Made by a program: the position numbers and the translations under genes
In this document: one piece after another, positions 12,225-24,170 of the stretch
Layout of the letters: every line of letters begins with the position of its first letter
Numbering within the stretch: the stretch's first letter is position 1
Assembly (NCBI GenBank): GCA_907165135.1
Contig: OU015568.1
Span: forward strand, 16,813,208-16,877,207
Source of the DNA: Oikopleura dioica
Lineage: Eukaryota; Animalia; Chordata
Direction: 5' to 3'
DNA length: 64,000 nt
The notes under the pieces: generated by a model
Told to the model about the DNA's origin: nothing
The model's input: only the letters and a program-made list of their open reading frames with translations
Databases searched by the model: none

Positions 12225-12925
12225 ATGAACTCGATTTGCTGCTGCTTTGGCAAAAACTCGAACGCTGTCGATGATGTTCAAATTCCCTTGCAACCGAGGT
12301 CAGTATTGATATTTCGTAGAAATACAGTTATTTCTATGTCTTCAGCGCGCGCGCACCGTGCTTTGTGGCCCCAGTCCCAAAGCTCGATTTGTCCGAAGTT
12401 GCCGACAATGTTTCTTACGGAACTGGCTGTCACACTGGAACAAGATCTTTTGGCTCGGAAATAACGACTACGAGGACTTCAGGAAGCTCGTCCAGATATT
12501 GGGACACTGAGGCGATCGAGCGACTGGAGACAGAGAAGATCTGCCACAAGATCATCGACGATTTGATCAATGCTCTTCCCATTCGAACCAAGCAACGTAA
12601 GTTATTCTTTTCAGTTGTTTTTTTTACATAATTTTAAGTCGATCGAGTTTTGTCTGAAGTGACTCTTTCGTCGCTCCGACCGACTTTCTCGGGACTTGAG
12701 CCGACGTTTACGTCGACTTCGGCAAGTAATCTTCCATCAACAAGGACTGGCAAATCGATCGAAAATCCTTTCTTGTCGCCAGTTGGGGAAGCGACAAAGT
12801 CAAAATCCCGAACTAAGGAATACAAGAGAGCTCAGGTTTGAAAGAAGAGAAGTATATGTCAATTCTTATGAATATTTTAGGGAAAAATTCGATTGTTTTC
12901 ACCATTTATGGTCGCTGATATTTGA
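12225..12925 (+). CDS. Hypothetical S/T-rich protein with N-terminal Cys cluster
   Basis: Four exons with GT-AG joins: MNSICCCFGK...QP|SARAPCFVAPVPKLDL...TKQ|LDRVLSEV...RAQ|GKIRLFSPFMVADI*. Confidence 0.6.
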
Positions 12926-13009
12926 AATGCGAAGATTCAGCAGATTTTCATCTATTTTTTCTCTCATCAATTCATCTGTACTTTTGCAATAAAGTCAAAT
13001 CTTGTAATC

Positions 13010-13169
13010 TTGGCTCGGCACCTGAGCAGAAAACCTGAGTCAGGGTCCGAAAGATCGCCAAAATTTAGAAATAGATTAGAATGATTAATTTGCGAAGCCG
13101 CTACAGGGCTTTTCATTTTAGATCTTTTGGACCCTGACGCAGGTTTTTCACCCAGATTGCCCAGCCCAG
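13010..13169. mobile_element. MITE, CTGGGCTCGGCAACC family
   Basis: Inverted AAAACCTGAGTCAGGGTCC ... GGACCCTGACGCAGGTTTT arms with an internal GCCGC palindrome. Confidence 0.75.
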
Positions 13170-13377
13170 CTTTCCTCTTTGATAATTTTTTTTAACAGAA
13201 CGGTAGCAAGAAAGGTAGTTCATGATATTTGAGCGGGTTCATTTTTTATTTTTAGTTAAAATTTCCGCTCGACAAGTAGCAATTTGTGCTCAGCACAATA
13301 TCAAGCGCCGACTGGGCGCCAGCCAGTTGTAAGTACATTCGGCAGCGAAGAATGACATCAAAACTCGGCCAACAGAA

Positions 13378-13622
13378 GGGAGGTGTCTGGAACCGACAAA
13401 AAAATCCCGACAAAATTTTTCATTTTTTTCAAGTGAATTTTAATGGCCCGCCATTATCTGCTGCGCTGACAAGAATTTCTCAAAACTACCTAGAAATGTC
13501 TATTGTGGCCTGAAAAAGCCATTTCTGCATAGTTTTCAGAAAAAATTATTCTCAATAAATTTTTAGAATATTTTTTATTAAAATTTTAGTCGGAATTTTT
13601 TTGTCGATTCCAGACACCACCC
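13378..13622. mobile_element. MULE-like MITE
   Basis: TIR GGGAGGTGTCTGGAACCGACAAAAA and 9-bp TSD CCAACAGAA (13369-13377, 13623-13631). A related copy lies at about 51243-51398. Confidence 0.85.
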
Positions 13623-13909
13623 CCAACAGAAGCCGAATTATTCATCTATATTTTCGATTATTCTGAATGAAAAATTCGGCCAACTTCTTATGTTTTCTTA
13701 TTTGAACCGAGACTCGAAAATCGAGAAACCTAGTTCTACCCCCAATGTTTTCTGGACAATTTCTGGTGAAAAATTCGGCCAGCGGAATTCTGATTTTCAT
13801 AGGACACTCATGGACACTTTTCAGATTGGATTTGATCACTTTCTACTGATAAAATAGCTGGTCAATATTGAGGTCAAATAATTCGGCCACTCTTAATCCG
13901 AAACATGAT

Positions 13910-15938
13910 ATGATATGGGTAAATAACGAACACTTTGTCTACTTCCGCCGAGCCAGACAAAAAAATGTTTTCCGAAATAGCGCCTTCTGCGGAATCCGTC
14001 ATTAGTAGACTAGTGTAGTTAAACACCAGTCGATATTCGCTCAAACTGACGAGTGTGGAGACTCTGGACCCAATAACCTTGACAGTGCCAAGAAGCTACG
14101 CAAGAGTAGAGCAAAGCTGTCCGTCGGACCTGATCGAACGTCTACTCCAAAGAAGAGGCGAAGATTCGAAAGTATACTTTCTAACCGACGCTCTAGGCCA
14201 CAAGGAAATGCTCTTGATTCAAACCGAAGACAACGATGAAGGTCAGTAAGAAAGTCATAAAAAATCCGCTTTTACAAAAATAAATATAATAATAATAATA
14301 GGAATGGGGCATGATTCTCAAGGATATTAGTTTTGAAAATAATTTTTAAAATTTATATAATTTAAAGAAACATCAATTTTAAAAATCAATTTAAAATTTT
14401 TACTCTTTATAAAAAATATAATATAAATATTATATTATATTATATTATATTATATTATATTATATTATATTATATTATATTATATTACAAAATAAAATTT
14501 ATATCATATTATTATACTTATTATAAAATTATAGTATAAATATTATTATTATTAATAATATTTTTATAAAATATGTATTTGATAAGATTTTACAAAAGAT
14601 ATCCTAAAAACCGATCGACAATGTTTTCCATAATATTTTTTAGTACCAACGATCGACTACTCGAAAAACCGCGAGGATCACTATGTTTGCAGGCTTCTTT
14701 TACACTTGCTGTCAGCGAGAAGAATCCACCAGGAACTGAGGAGCCGTCAAGAAAAGGGTGGATTTGGGACCAAACGCAACAAACAGGCAAACGATCGGAT
14801 GGAAAAAGACGAGTAATATTCCACAAGGGAAGTTCAGAAACCCTCGTTTGTCTTTGACAGACTCGAGAAAATCCCTGACAGATACGAAATGCCCGACTGG
14901 GTCGAAGAAGAAGATAGTCGTAATAGACAATCGCGAGAGAAGAAGCAAACGCGCAGCAAAAAACCAAAGAAAGCAAAGAAGAAACAAATCGCCAGATCGA
15001 TGGAGCCAACTTCGACTGGTAGACAACGCCGCGCTCAGAACAGACTTTCAAGAAGCCAAGGCAACGATTTACCATCTCAAGAGTCTCACGGGGAGGTTTA
15101 TTTAAAAAAATTAAGAATAATATCATAAATAAAATATATACATAAAATATATTTATAATTACATAAAATATTAATAAGTTAATGAAAATAATAATAAATT
15201 TATTATGAATATAATAAAATATGGTTTAATAATTTTATAAAATATTAAGCTCGAGCTTGATGACAGCGATGGAGCAGATTGGACAACAGTAGGAAATCAA
15301 ATTCAAGCAAAGTGCGAAGAGTCGGATAAAGAAGTCTCCAAGGAAATTGACTCGTTGGCTGAAGAGTTCGAAGAAAACTGTCTGCTGGAAGAAGACTGCG
15401 AAAGAGGTCTCGAAACAAGCGAGCTTGAAGACAGTTCCTGCCCAGTCCCGCCAGCTGTAGCGAGGCAGATTGATGTCGACAAGGTTTTGAAAGAGAATTC
15501 GGCGCTGAAGGAACGACGTGAGGCCCTCTTGATGTGTCAAATCTGTTTCGAGTAAGTTGTTTTTTAAAATTCATCAAATCAAGTATCAATTTTAGATTCT
15601 ACGATGATGGAAAGCACGCGAAATTTTCGCACGGCTGTGGTCATGGATGCTGCTTGACTTGCATGAAGATGGAATTTGCTCGGCAACGAGAATGAAATTA
15701 ATTCTCGAATGAAAATAAAACCTGGTGGTTTTGTTCCATTTCCAAATCGATTTCTCTCCAAAAGGGAGCTAAAACCATGTGTACCGTGTACTGGACTAGG
15801 CAACCTGAGTAGAAACCCTGAGTCAAGATCTGAAAGAGCAAAAATAAAAAGCCGCTAGCCTTAGCTGCCAAAAAGTCAGTCATTCTATATCTAGGAAGAA
15901 TCGACAGTATTGCCAGCGTCAATGAGCGGAATCACTAA
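13910..15938 (+). CDS. C-terminal C3HC4 RING-finger protein (putative E3 ligase)
   Basis: A coiled-coil (VLKENSALKERREALL) precedes CQICFE|FYDDGKHAKFSHGCGHGCCLTCMKMEFAR|ELKPCVPCT|GRIDSI. The 5' exon structure is uncertain. Confidence 0.7.
14428..14486. repeat. (TATAT)n microsatellite in an AT-rich intron
   Basis: Direct pentamer repeat. Confidence 0.9.
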
Positions 15939-16080
15939 GCCGGAACCGGTGTGCTTCTCATTCCGGGAGATTAAAATTTTCAACTCGATATAATTCTGGA
16001 AAAAGCTGAAAGAATCGATACAAGTAAAAAAAACGACCGTGCGTCCGCCTTCTTCTTTTTTTAATTATATTCACTTGAAG

Positions 16081-16981
16081 CTAAATTTGAATAGAATCAG
16101 GTGGAAAGGCGAATTTCCAAGCATATCCAGCAGCTGTTAGGTAAAAGACAGGACCACAAGCGACAATCATAACCTGGGCTCGGCAACCTGTGAGGAAAAC
16201 CTGAGTCAGGGTCTGAAAAATCTCTTATTGGTTTTGTGAGGCCGCTCTTTTCATTTGAGATTTTTCAGACTCTGAGTCAGGTTTTCACACAGGTTGCCGA
16301 GCCCAAATCATTATCGAGTAAATACTAAGTCCGGCTATGTGAGCGCCCTGGCAGAAAGCTTCTTTGTTGAAGACGCAGTATGCATACGACAAAAGCTAGA
16401 AAAATGTTGGAAGCAAACGAAAAGTGAAACTTACCCAAAGAGAGAAAATATGCGTCGAAAGATAGACTGAAATACCGAGGGATAAAACAGCAAATGTTTG
16501 AAAGCAAGAAAGCAGATTTAAATCGACGCCGATAATTCCGACAATCCCACTCGCCATTCCCACGATTCCATAAACAACCAAATTTGCTAAGAAAATGGTC
16601 ATTGAAATCAAGGAAGAATAAACCAACCTTTATCATATAGAGCTTGTATTCTGCTGTTCTCCGGGTGGTAAATAATGCATCTGATCAAGCAATAAATCAT
16701 CGAAATTGAAATTTGAACGGCGGCGATTGCTTTAAAATGGCGACTGAAAACAAGGATGACTTCTTTGAAAACAAATCTTTTCTTCTCTTACTATTGGTTT
16801 ATAGACAAGTCGATACTTTCCGACGGATAATGAATATTATTCGAGGAAGAAAAGGAATTTACTAAACTCATTTTTTTGCAAAAATGAAAAATACAGAAAT
16901 GAATCGAGTGAAATCAAAAATCAAATATTTTAGAATCTTGCAGCTAATCGTGAATCCTTGTTTGCTCGCTTCGCTACTCAT
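16081..16981 (-). CDS. Four-pass membrane protein, MS4A/CD20-like
   Basis: Spliced model MSSEASKQG...RHFKAIAAVQISISMIYCL...NLVVYGIVGMASGIVGII...AVLSLGISVYL...IAGLSIYSIMIVACGPVFYL...*. Four hydrophobic segments; KAIAAVQI and ASGIVGI resemble MS4A TM1 and TM2. Confidence 0.5.
16174..16306. mobile_element. MITE, CTGGGCTCGGCAACC family, inside the last exon of the 4-TM gene
   Basis: TIRs present, with a degenerate 8-bp TSD ATCATAAC / ATCATTAT. Confidence 0.85.
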
Positions 16982-17749
16982 TTCTCAAACAGACCGTTTT
17001 CATAAGCTACTGCTTTTTCTGAGATTTTAGGGATCCGAATTGATGAAAAATATGATATTTTAGATATCGCGATTCTTTATTCGAGCTAACTTGAAGACCG
17101 GCCCAACGAAATTGCTCTTGCGGGAACCAAAATTTCGAGAAACCTGAATTAAGGGTGTCCATCCTCATACTGTCATATTAATTATACACCCCTAATCTAT
17201 GACAGTATCTATAAATGAGAGAGGTAATGAAAATGATTTAAGGAGATATAGGCCGTTAAATTTTCCCGATTTCACATTTTTCTGAAAATCAAATATGCTC
17301 GAGCCAAAAATTTTGCATAAATATCTTAGCTTATCCTTGCCTGAATATGGCCTTGCTAAATGAACTCTGTTTTAATATTTTAATTGTGTTTTATTTATTT
17401 AAAAATTCTCGTCACGGTGAAGAAGAAGACGCCCTGTCAACGGGTTAATTAGTCCTCAATAGTTTCTTCGCGCGTATGGACCTGGTCTTCCAGGACATGA
17501 TACGTTTCTTCCAGCGCCCATCTGTTTTTGCATACTTCCGCCATCAGTTTGATTTCGTTGTGAAAACCTGGCAGTTTTTGAAGTGAAGGAAAAAGTTTTC
17601 GTCAAATCTCGTATAATTGCGATCATTGCTAAAATGTTGTCTTTTACGAACACCCCCGGGCTTGTTTTTTACGATTTTCTGGACTTTTCGTCCTTTCTTG
17701 AACAAAAAATTTCTTGAGTAAAAATCAAGTTCTCATTTTTCGAGGAGAT

Positions 17750-19022
17750 ATGAAGCCTATCAAAGAAGAAGTGCCGAAAGACCTGAATGGCCGAGCTTAC
17801 GTTCGCCTAGTCAACGAAGCCGAGGCTATACGCAAGTTCAACGAAACGGTAAATACTCGTTTTTTTTTCTATCAGAATTGTATTTTCAGGCGACTGGGCC
17901 ATCATTTAGGATTTCGGAGGTCAGCGAGCTTGACTGCAGGGTTCGGGAATTTGAGCTCACGCTAAAACTCAAGGAAACAAAGCTTGAGACTCATGTTTCT
18001 TAATTTGAGTTTTGAGAACTCAGAGATGAAAAATCAATTCTGGCGATCCATGAGCCAATCAAGGAAGCGCTCGCTTAATTTGAGTTTTGAAAACTCAAAA
18101 CTCTCAAATCTCCCAAAAACTCAAAACTCTCAAAACTCTCAAATCTTCTCAAAATGATTTCTCAAGCCACTTTGAGTTCTCAATTTGAGGAAATTTGAGC
18201 GTCTAGCCAAAATGAGTTTTAACTTGAGCTCAAATTACCGAACCCTGCTTGACTGGATCGTCGAAATCGATGGACCAATCGGGTCGAAATTTGAAGGGAC
18301 TTCTGTGCCTTTTAGCTTTCAATTTGCGGATAATTATCCTCTTTCGGTGCCGTTCATTCTCTGCCAAAAAACAATCCGAGGAACTTGTTTCAAAAAGAAC
18401 AAGTCGCCGCCTCTCGAAGTTTTTGACTCTTTCAAGTAGCGTTGTAAAAAATATTTTCTTGTTTTTTTATAAATTCAGCGAGTCTTCGCCATGTGAAGTA
18501 AAATTGCTCTCGATTCTTGAAAATCTTCAAAACTTGATGGCTAGCTACAAAAAGGGGAGAAAAAGCAACAGCAGCGAGGAAGAAAACGATTGTGAAATCA
18601 TTTCGCCTCTCGAGATCAACGACTCTGAACCTGAAATAAAAACTGAACCGGAAGAAATTAAGCAAGAAGGAACTCTCCAGAGGAAAACACGAAAAAGAGT
18701 GGCAAAAATGTCCCCGGAAAAAGCTCCGCCAAAGAAGAAACTGGGCTCGGCAACCTGTGTTAAAAACCTGAGTCAAGGTCTGAAGCATGGGTCGAGTAAG
18801 AAAATAACGCTCAGTGATGAAGAACTAGAACGAAAAATAAGAGAAGCTCAAAAAAAGGAAACGGTGTAAGTTAATATTTTTCGGGTTGTGTTTTCCAACT
18901 TTTATTTCACCGATGAAAAGTTTGATGCTGCTAAAAAAGAATTGAATGATGCTTTTTCTCTGAGGATAAAGAAACACAAACAGAGTATTTCAGAGCTTGA
19001 AAACAGGAGGAAGGAACTATAA
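17750..19022 (+). CDS. UBC/E2-fold protein lacking the catalytic Cys (UEV-like), paralog A, TE-disrupted
   Basis: AYVRLVNE...DWIVEIDGPIGSKFEG...FADNYPLSVP...LLSILENLQNLM, followed by a basic/coiled-coil tail. Two TE insertions lie in exons, and a TAA falls 8 codons before the stop position expected from paralog B. Confidence 0.75.
17937..18247. mobile_element. 311-bp hAT-type MITE in a coding exon
   Basis: 23-bp TIR CAGGGTTCGG(G/T)AATTTGAGCTCA and perfect 8-bp TSD CTTGACTG (17929-17936, 18248-18255). Confidence 0.93.
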
Positions 19023-19075
19023 GAAACCCTTTCAGACGAGCTTTGACGATTCTGGGCCAGAATTTCTGGCATTAA

Positions 19076-19207
19076 CCCTTTAACAGGGGCGTGCAGGTTT
19101 GACCTGCACGCGTGGAAACGGGTAGCCAATCACAACCTCGGATCCTTGATTTCACTCAATCATCGATAGGCAAAAGCGTAGGCAAAATCAACCACCCTGT
19201 TAAAGGG
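19076..19207. mobile_element. 132-bp piggyBac-type MITE
   Basis: TTAA|CCCTTTAACAGGG ... CCCTGTTAAAGGG|TTAA. Confidence 0.88.
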
Positions 19208-19343
19208 TTAACCTTCTCTATTTTTACAAATAAAGTTTAACAAAAACTGTCACGATCTTGTCCTTTGTCCTCTCTAGAATATGAGTATTTTTGAATAAAA
19301 ACAGGTTCGGATAATCATTTTCCGTAAGTAGCAACCATCAAAA

Positions 19344-20283
19344 ATGAGTGTTTTCAACGAAGAAATTCCCGAAGAACTTGCCCTCCGTGGCGGTGCCTAC
19401 GTCCGTTTGGTCAGAGAGGCGAGGGACATTCAAAGATATAGCGAAACGGTTTGTATTTTTTCTTGTTTGAAGTTGATTTTTCTTAGGCGACTGGACCATC
19501 ATTTTCCTTACTTGAAATAAGCGAAGAATACTGGACCTTTGAGATCAGTGGGCCTGTTGGATCAAAATTTGAGGGAAGAAAATGGCGATTTTCTTTCACC
19601 TTCCTCCATGACTATCCTCTTTCCGCCCCTCTTATAAAGTTTCTGGATGAAACTGTTGAAGGCACTGGATTCGAGAAAAACTCGCCTGTAATATTGGAGT
19701 AAGTTTTCGAAAGCGAGATGATCTAAAATAGCAATTAGTCTGACGGCAATACCTCCTGTGCGCCTAAGATTGTTGCAAATTCTACAATCCCTGCAAAACT
19801 TGATGGCCTCCAAAAAGAAGGAAAATGGCAGCAGCAGCGAAAAACAAGGAAACGACGAAATCGCCCCTGATCATCATGATAACTCATCTGGCCCAGAAGC
19901 GAAGCAAGAAGAAACTTCTCAAACGAAAACGCGGAAACGAGCAGCAACAACTTCTACCAAGCAAGCTCCATCAAAAAAGAAAAAGACGACAAGTAAGAAA
20001 AATGAGCTAACAGACGAACAAATAGAACGAAAAATCAAGGACGCGCAAGAGAAGGAAACGGTGTGATTTAATAATCTTCAGTTTTTAAGCTCGAATCTTT
20101 TTATTTCACCGGGAAAAGGTGGACCGGCAAAAAGTAATCTACGAATCAGCGAAGGCCGAATTGGATTCTGCTCTGGCGCTACAACAGAAAAAACGAGAAG
20201 AAGAGCTCGAAAAAGTCAGTAAAGAAATTCAAGAGCTGGAGAAGAGACGCAGAGAGCTTGAAGAAACTCTCAATGGAATCTGA
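19344..20283 (+). CDS. UBC/E2-fold protein lacking the catalytic Cys (UEV-like), paralog B
   Basis: AYVRLVRE...YWTFEISGPVGSKFEG...FLHDYPLSAP...LLQILQSLQNLM plus basic tail. Shares intron positions with paralog A (after ET, twice). Confidence 0.8.
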
Positions 20284-21113
20284 TGAGCAAAAAATCCGTT
20301 TTGAAATTTCGCCAAAACTTGTCATTTATAACTTTTTATTCGTGGAAATAAAGTAGTTTGGTATCGATTGAAAAATCGGAAAGAAAGGGGAGCAGCGAAA
20401 GTAATTAGTTTGAATACGTCCATAGTTGTCGATCGGTTAGCTTTAGACCTTGCCTGGGGCGTGTCTTCGTTGAAGGCCTGAGGGCCGTGCGCGCAGCGAC
20501 AGGAGCGAAAAGAGTATCGCGTGTTTCTCCCTCTTCTGCCTCCAGAGGCCATCTATCCTTCCCGTGTCTCTTTTATTGGCAGATAGATTGGTCAGTGATT
20601 TCTTGGAGGTAACGGAAACAATGACAGAGACATAGGCCTCGCCTCGACAAGCAGAAACGTGTCTTCCGACCAGCAAGTACTTCTTTCGTTCAATCTCTCG
20701 TTTAGAGGTTAGATAAATGTAACCGTCTAACAAACGCCCTTTCTGTTGCGTGTCTTTACTAATCGCTTTTAGCTTTTTATCGCCAACAATTATATTCTTG
20801 AGTTTCGTCTTCCCCGGCTCACTTCTGGAGATAAAATGCGAATTGCCCTCTTTCGACTTTTTGACAGTGCTAAAAAATTTTCATTTTCAATTCCTTAATT
20901 TTTATTCCTAGATTTTTTAAAGCGTTCTCTTGATCATTTTGTAGTGAATGTATATAAATTATTTTGCTATCATTAATTAATTATTGATTATAAATTATAA
21001 ACAGATAACTTATTATTTATAATAAATGACTTATAAGCTAAGAATCTCAGCTTTATGCTTCAAGAATAAAAGTTAGGGGTATTGGACCCAAGAAAGTCTG
21101 GGGATCCCCTTAA

Positions 21114-21494
21114 GGGGGTGGATATCAAGAATCGAATTTTCTGTCAGTCTTTTCTCAAATTCTTAACATAGTGGCCCCGTAATTTTTTCTGCTCAAAATT
21201 TAACTCAGGCAATTATCTCTTTCCTATGAAAGCCAAAAATTTAGATTTCTTGAGCTTTTGAGGACAATGCAAATCGGGCACCTCCGATTGTCGCCAAAAT
21301 GACCATTTTGGTAAAGTTAGCGATCTTTGACGAAAAATTATATTCAAGAATTTTTTTTTAATTCAAAATTTGGGCTGCCATAGGAAATAGAAAAGGGTCT
21401 TAAGTTTTTGTTTCAAAAGTAAAATAAGGGTGTTAATATTTTAATTTTGGGAGAAAAGTCTGCCAGAAAATGGCAATTCTTGATATCTACCTCC
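21114..21494. mobile_element. Kolobok-like MITE (TTAA|GG ends)
   Basis: TTAAGGGGGTGGATATCAAGAAT ... ATTCTTGATATCTACCTCCTAAA inverted ends. The right TTAA is degenerate. Confidence 0.65.
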
Positions 21495-24170
21495 TAAAGC
21501 TAGCCATAACCCCCTGGGTTAGGAACTCCTATTTTTTTTTGGTTCTTTGTAGAACAAGTCGATAGAGAATCCTTCTAGTTAAGCCGACTATAAATCACCT
21601 TGATGTTTTATTTTCGTCTCAAGAATAAGAGCTCAATTTAGAAGAGACGGCAACAGTGCCCTGCCGCCCTCAGCAAAGAGCCACTAAATAGGGGTTGAGC
21701 TCGCAGCCCGGTGGGAGGCGCTTCTCACTTTTTCTCGCCTAGCTCAAATTTTTGTGTATTGGACGGAGCTGTACTTATCCCTTGTGAAACCAACCGGCAG
21801 GATGGCAAAACAACGCTAGGCTAACCACCCTGAAAATGGAAAAACAACATCATTTCTTTGTTCCTTAGCTACCTCCGCAATTGATAATAAAAGTGCGCGT
21901 TTTATAGAGCGTTTATGATGAGACCGTTTCTTTAGACTTCTTGGCTCTCAGATTCAAGCTCTGATTTATTACTAATCATCTTTTTTAGCGAACTTCAATC
22001 CAATTTTTATGGCCATTTTAGTTAATCAAAGAAATTTTTGAAGAAAATTTTTGTTAAAAAAATTATCAAAATCAAAAATTTAAAGCCTCACATGGAAAAG
22101 ATAAGGGTCTCAACTATCGATAAAGAAAATAAAATAAGGGTGTCAGAATGTTAAGTATAGGAGAAAAATATGCTTGAAAATGACGGTTTTCGACGTCTAT
22201 CTCCTTAATGAAAGTTGAAAAAAAAGCTGAGACAGAACTGTCAATGATATTTAATCTAATAGCAAAAAGAGCGGTGTGAATAAACCAGCTTCCATCTTCG
22301 AAAATTGGCGAAATGGATCTTAATCGCGTTGTTCTTAGGCTGGACTTGATGCGTTTTCGAGTTTTATTGCAGAGGAAACGGTGCATGGTTCACGGCTGGT
22401 TAACATTAAATTCGAGCACGAGTCATGCCACTCTCACCTTAGTACATACCTGCCTTGCGATGCCAACATTTCCGCAAAACATTTCGTGAAAAAACATCAA
22501 GAATTTTTGATTTCTTACTAATCCTCTTCGAAATTTATTTGAGCTCTTCAGTAACGCAGTTATATTTCGCATAAAATTAATCCCAACAAATAATTTCAAA
22601 AGTTAATCCCAACATTTTCAATTTGCGATGATTCATGTCTCAGTATCATTTCAGGATCCGGTCTCGAAGAACGAACTGCGCAGATGGCACTGACGAGTGG
22701 GGAAGAATACTTCCCAATAGGACGATCATTCTTCCAGGCAGGGCTCGAAACTTAGCGATGTGGCGATGGAACGCTCAAGGCGAATCGCTAAAATTGATAA
22801 TTCATCACAGAGACAACATTTTTTTTTCTTTAAAAATAATCAGGTAACGCTTTCTTCAAAAAGTACAAAAATCGCGCGCACGTGATTGGCCAGCGCGGGC
22901 GACCGCGCGCGGCGCTGTCGAAGACACGGTGCACGGTCAGCCTAGCTATTAGCCCTGTCGCCCCTTCCTTTTCACAATTGTAACGGTCGATGCGGCCGGC
23001 AACATCTTTAAAAAGTTAAGCTCGGAAGATTGCAGTCTCGTAGATCTCGGCGATGATTACTTGTTAGAAAGATGCAACTCTGATGGCGGATCGCGTTCTA
23101 GGGTATATTGTTCTGACTTTCGGCGATGAAAATGCGTCAATTTCTGTTCCGGAATTTTGTTTCGGAAGGAAAGCTAACAACTTGGGCTCTGAGCAGAAAA
23201 CCTGAGTCAGGGTTCTGAAAAAGCTTTAATGAAAGCCGCGCAGCGGCTATTCTAGAAACGAAGCCGCAAAGCGGCTTTGCCAAAATTTACTAAATTGATT
23301 GTTAAATTTTTTAGCCGCTTTGCGGCTTCGTTCCTAAAAAAACCGCTGCGCGGCTTTCATTTTAAGACTTTTAGAATCCTGACTCAGGTTGCTGAGCGTA
23401 GACTAAGAATTCTTTTTTTGAAATTTTTTCAAGAGAAGCAACAAACTTCTGAACTGGTTCAAAATGGTGAAGCTGAATTAACCGAAACCCAACCGCATGG
23501 GCGTTCTTACCGGTAAAAGACACTGCCTAGTCCCAAATCTGCCACTTTATCCCAGGCATGGTCAAATTTATCAAACTTTTTTTTTGTATTTGCGGATAAG
23601 ATTCCTTTTCTTTCTTAATTTATCCCGTGCAGTTATAAAAACACAGCGGGGGATCAAAGGGGCCGCACCGACAGTATATCGCTTTGTCACTTTTTGCGTT
23701 TCTGGGCTGAAAATATTGTCGCAACAGCTGCTCATTTCCAATACACAAAAAAGGTACCAACTTGCAGGAAGACCATTATATCTCCTTTTCCTTTCTTACA
23801 AGTGAAATTTGCGGCGAATACACAAAACTGCCTTTCGCGTTCAACCCTTTATTGCTTCCATTTGCCACTCACTCGACATTGCAAACTTCGTCCATTGTTT
23901 CGAGACTCATTATGTGCGCAACTTTGGATATTGACGCACGCGCCGCGAAATTAACTCGCATTATGCGACTTCCGTGCCGATTCGATGATAAACATGTGTA
24001 TTACACATTATGCTGATTATAAGATCGATTTCAGGTTGATCAAATTTTATGGTCTTTTAGCAGCTAAAACATATAATGATAAAAAATATTTATAATATTT
24101 CATATCTATAAAATAGTTTCAATATTCAGGACTAGATTCTGCACCATGTCATGTACAGGAGACCTGAGTC

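Noticed and set aside
20443-20880. LINE ORF2 C-terminal remnant or gene (QKVEKRAIRILSP...)
   Set aside because: Only one short motif, no RT or endonuclease motifs nearby, and the joining intron would be implausibly short.
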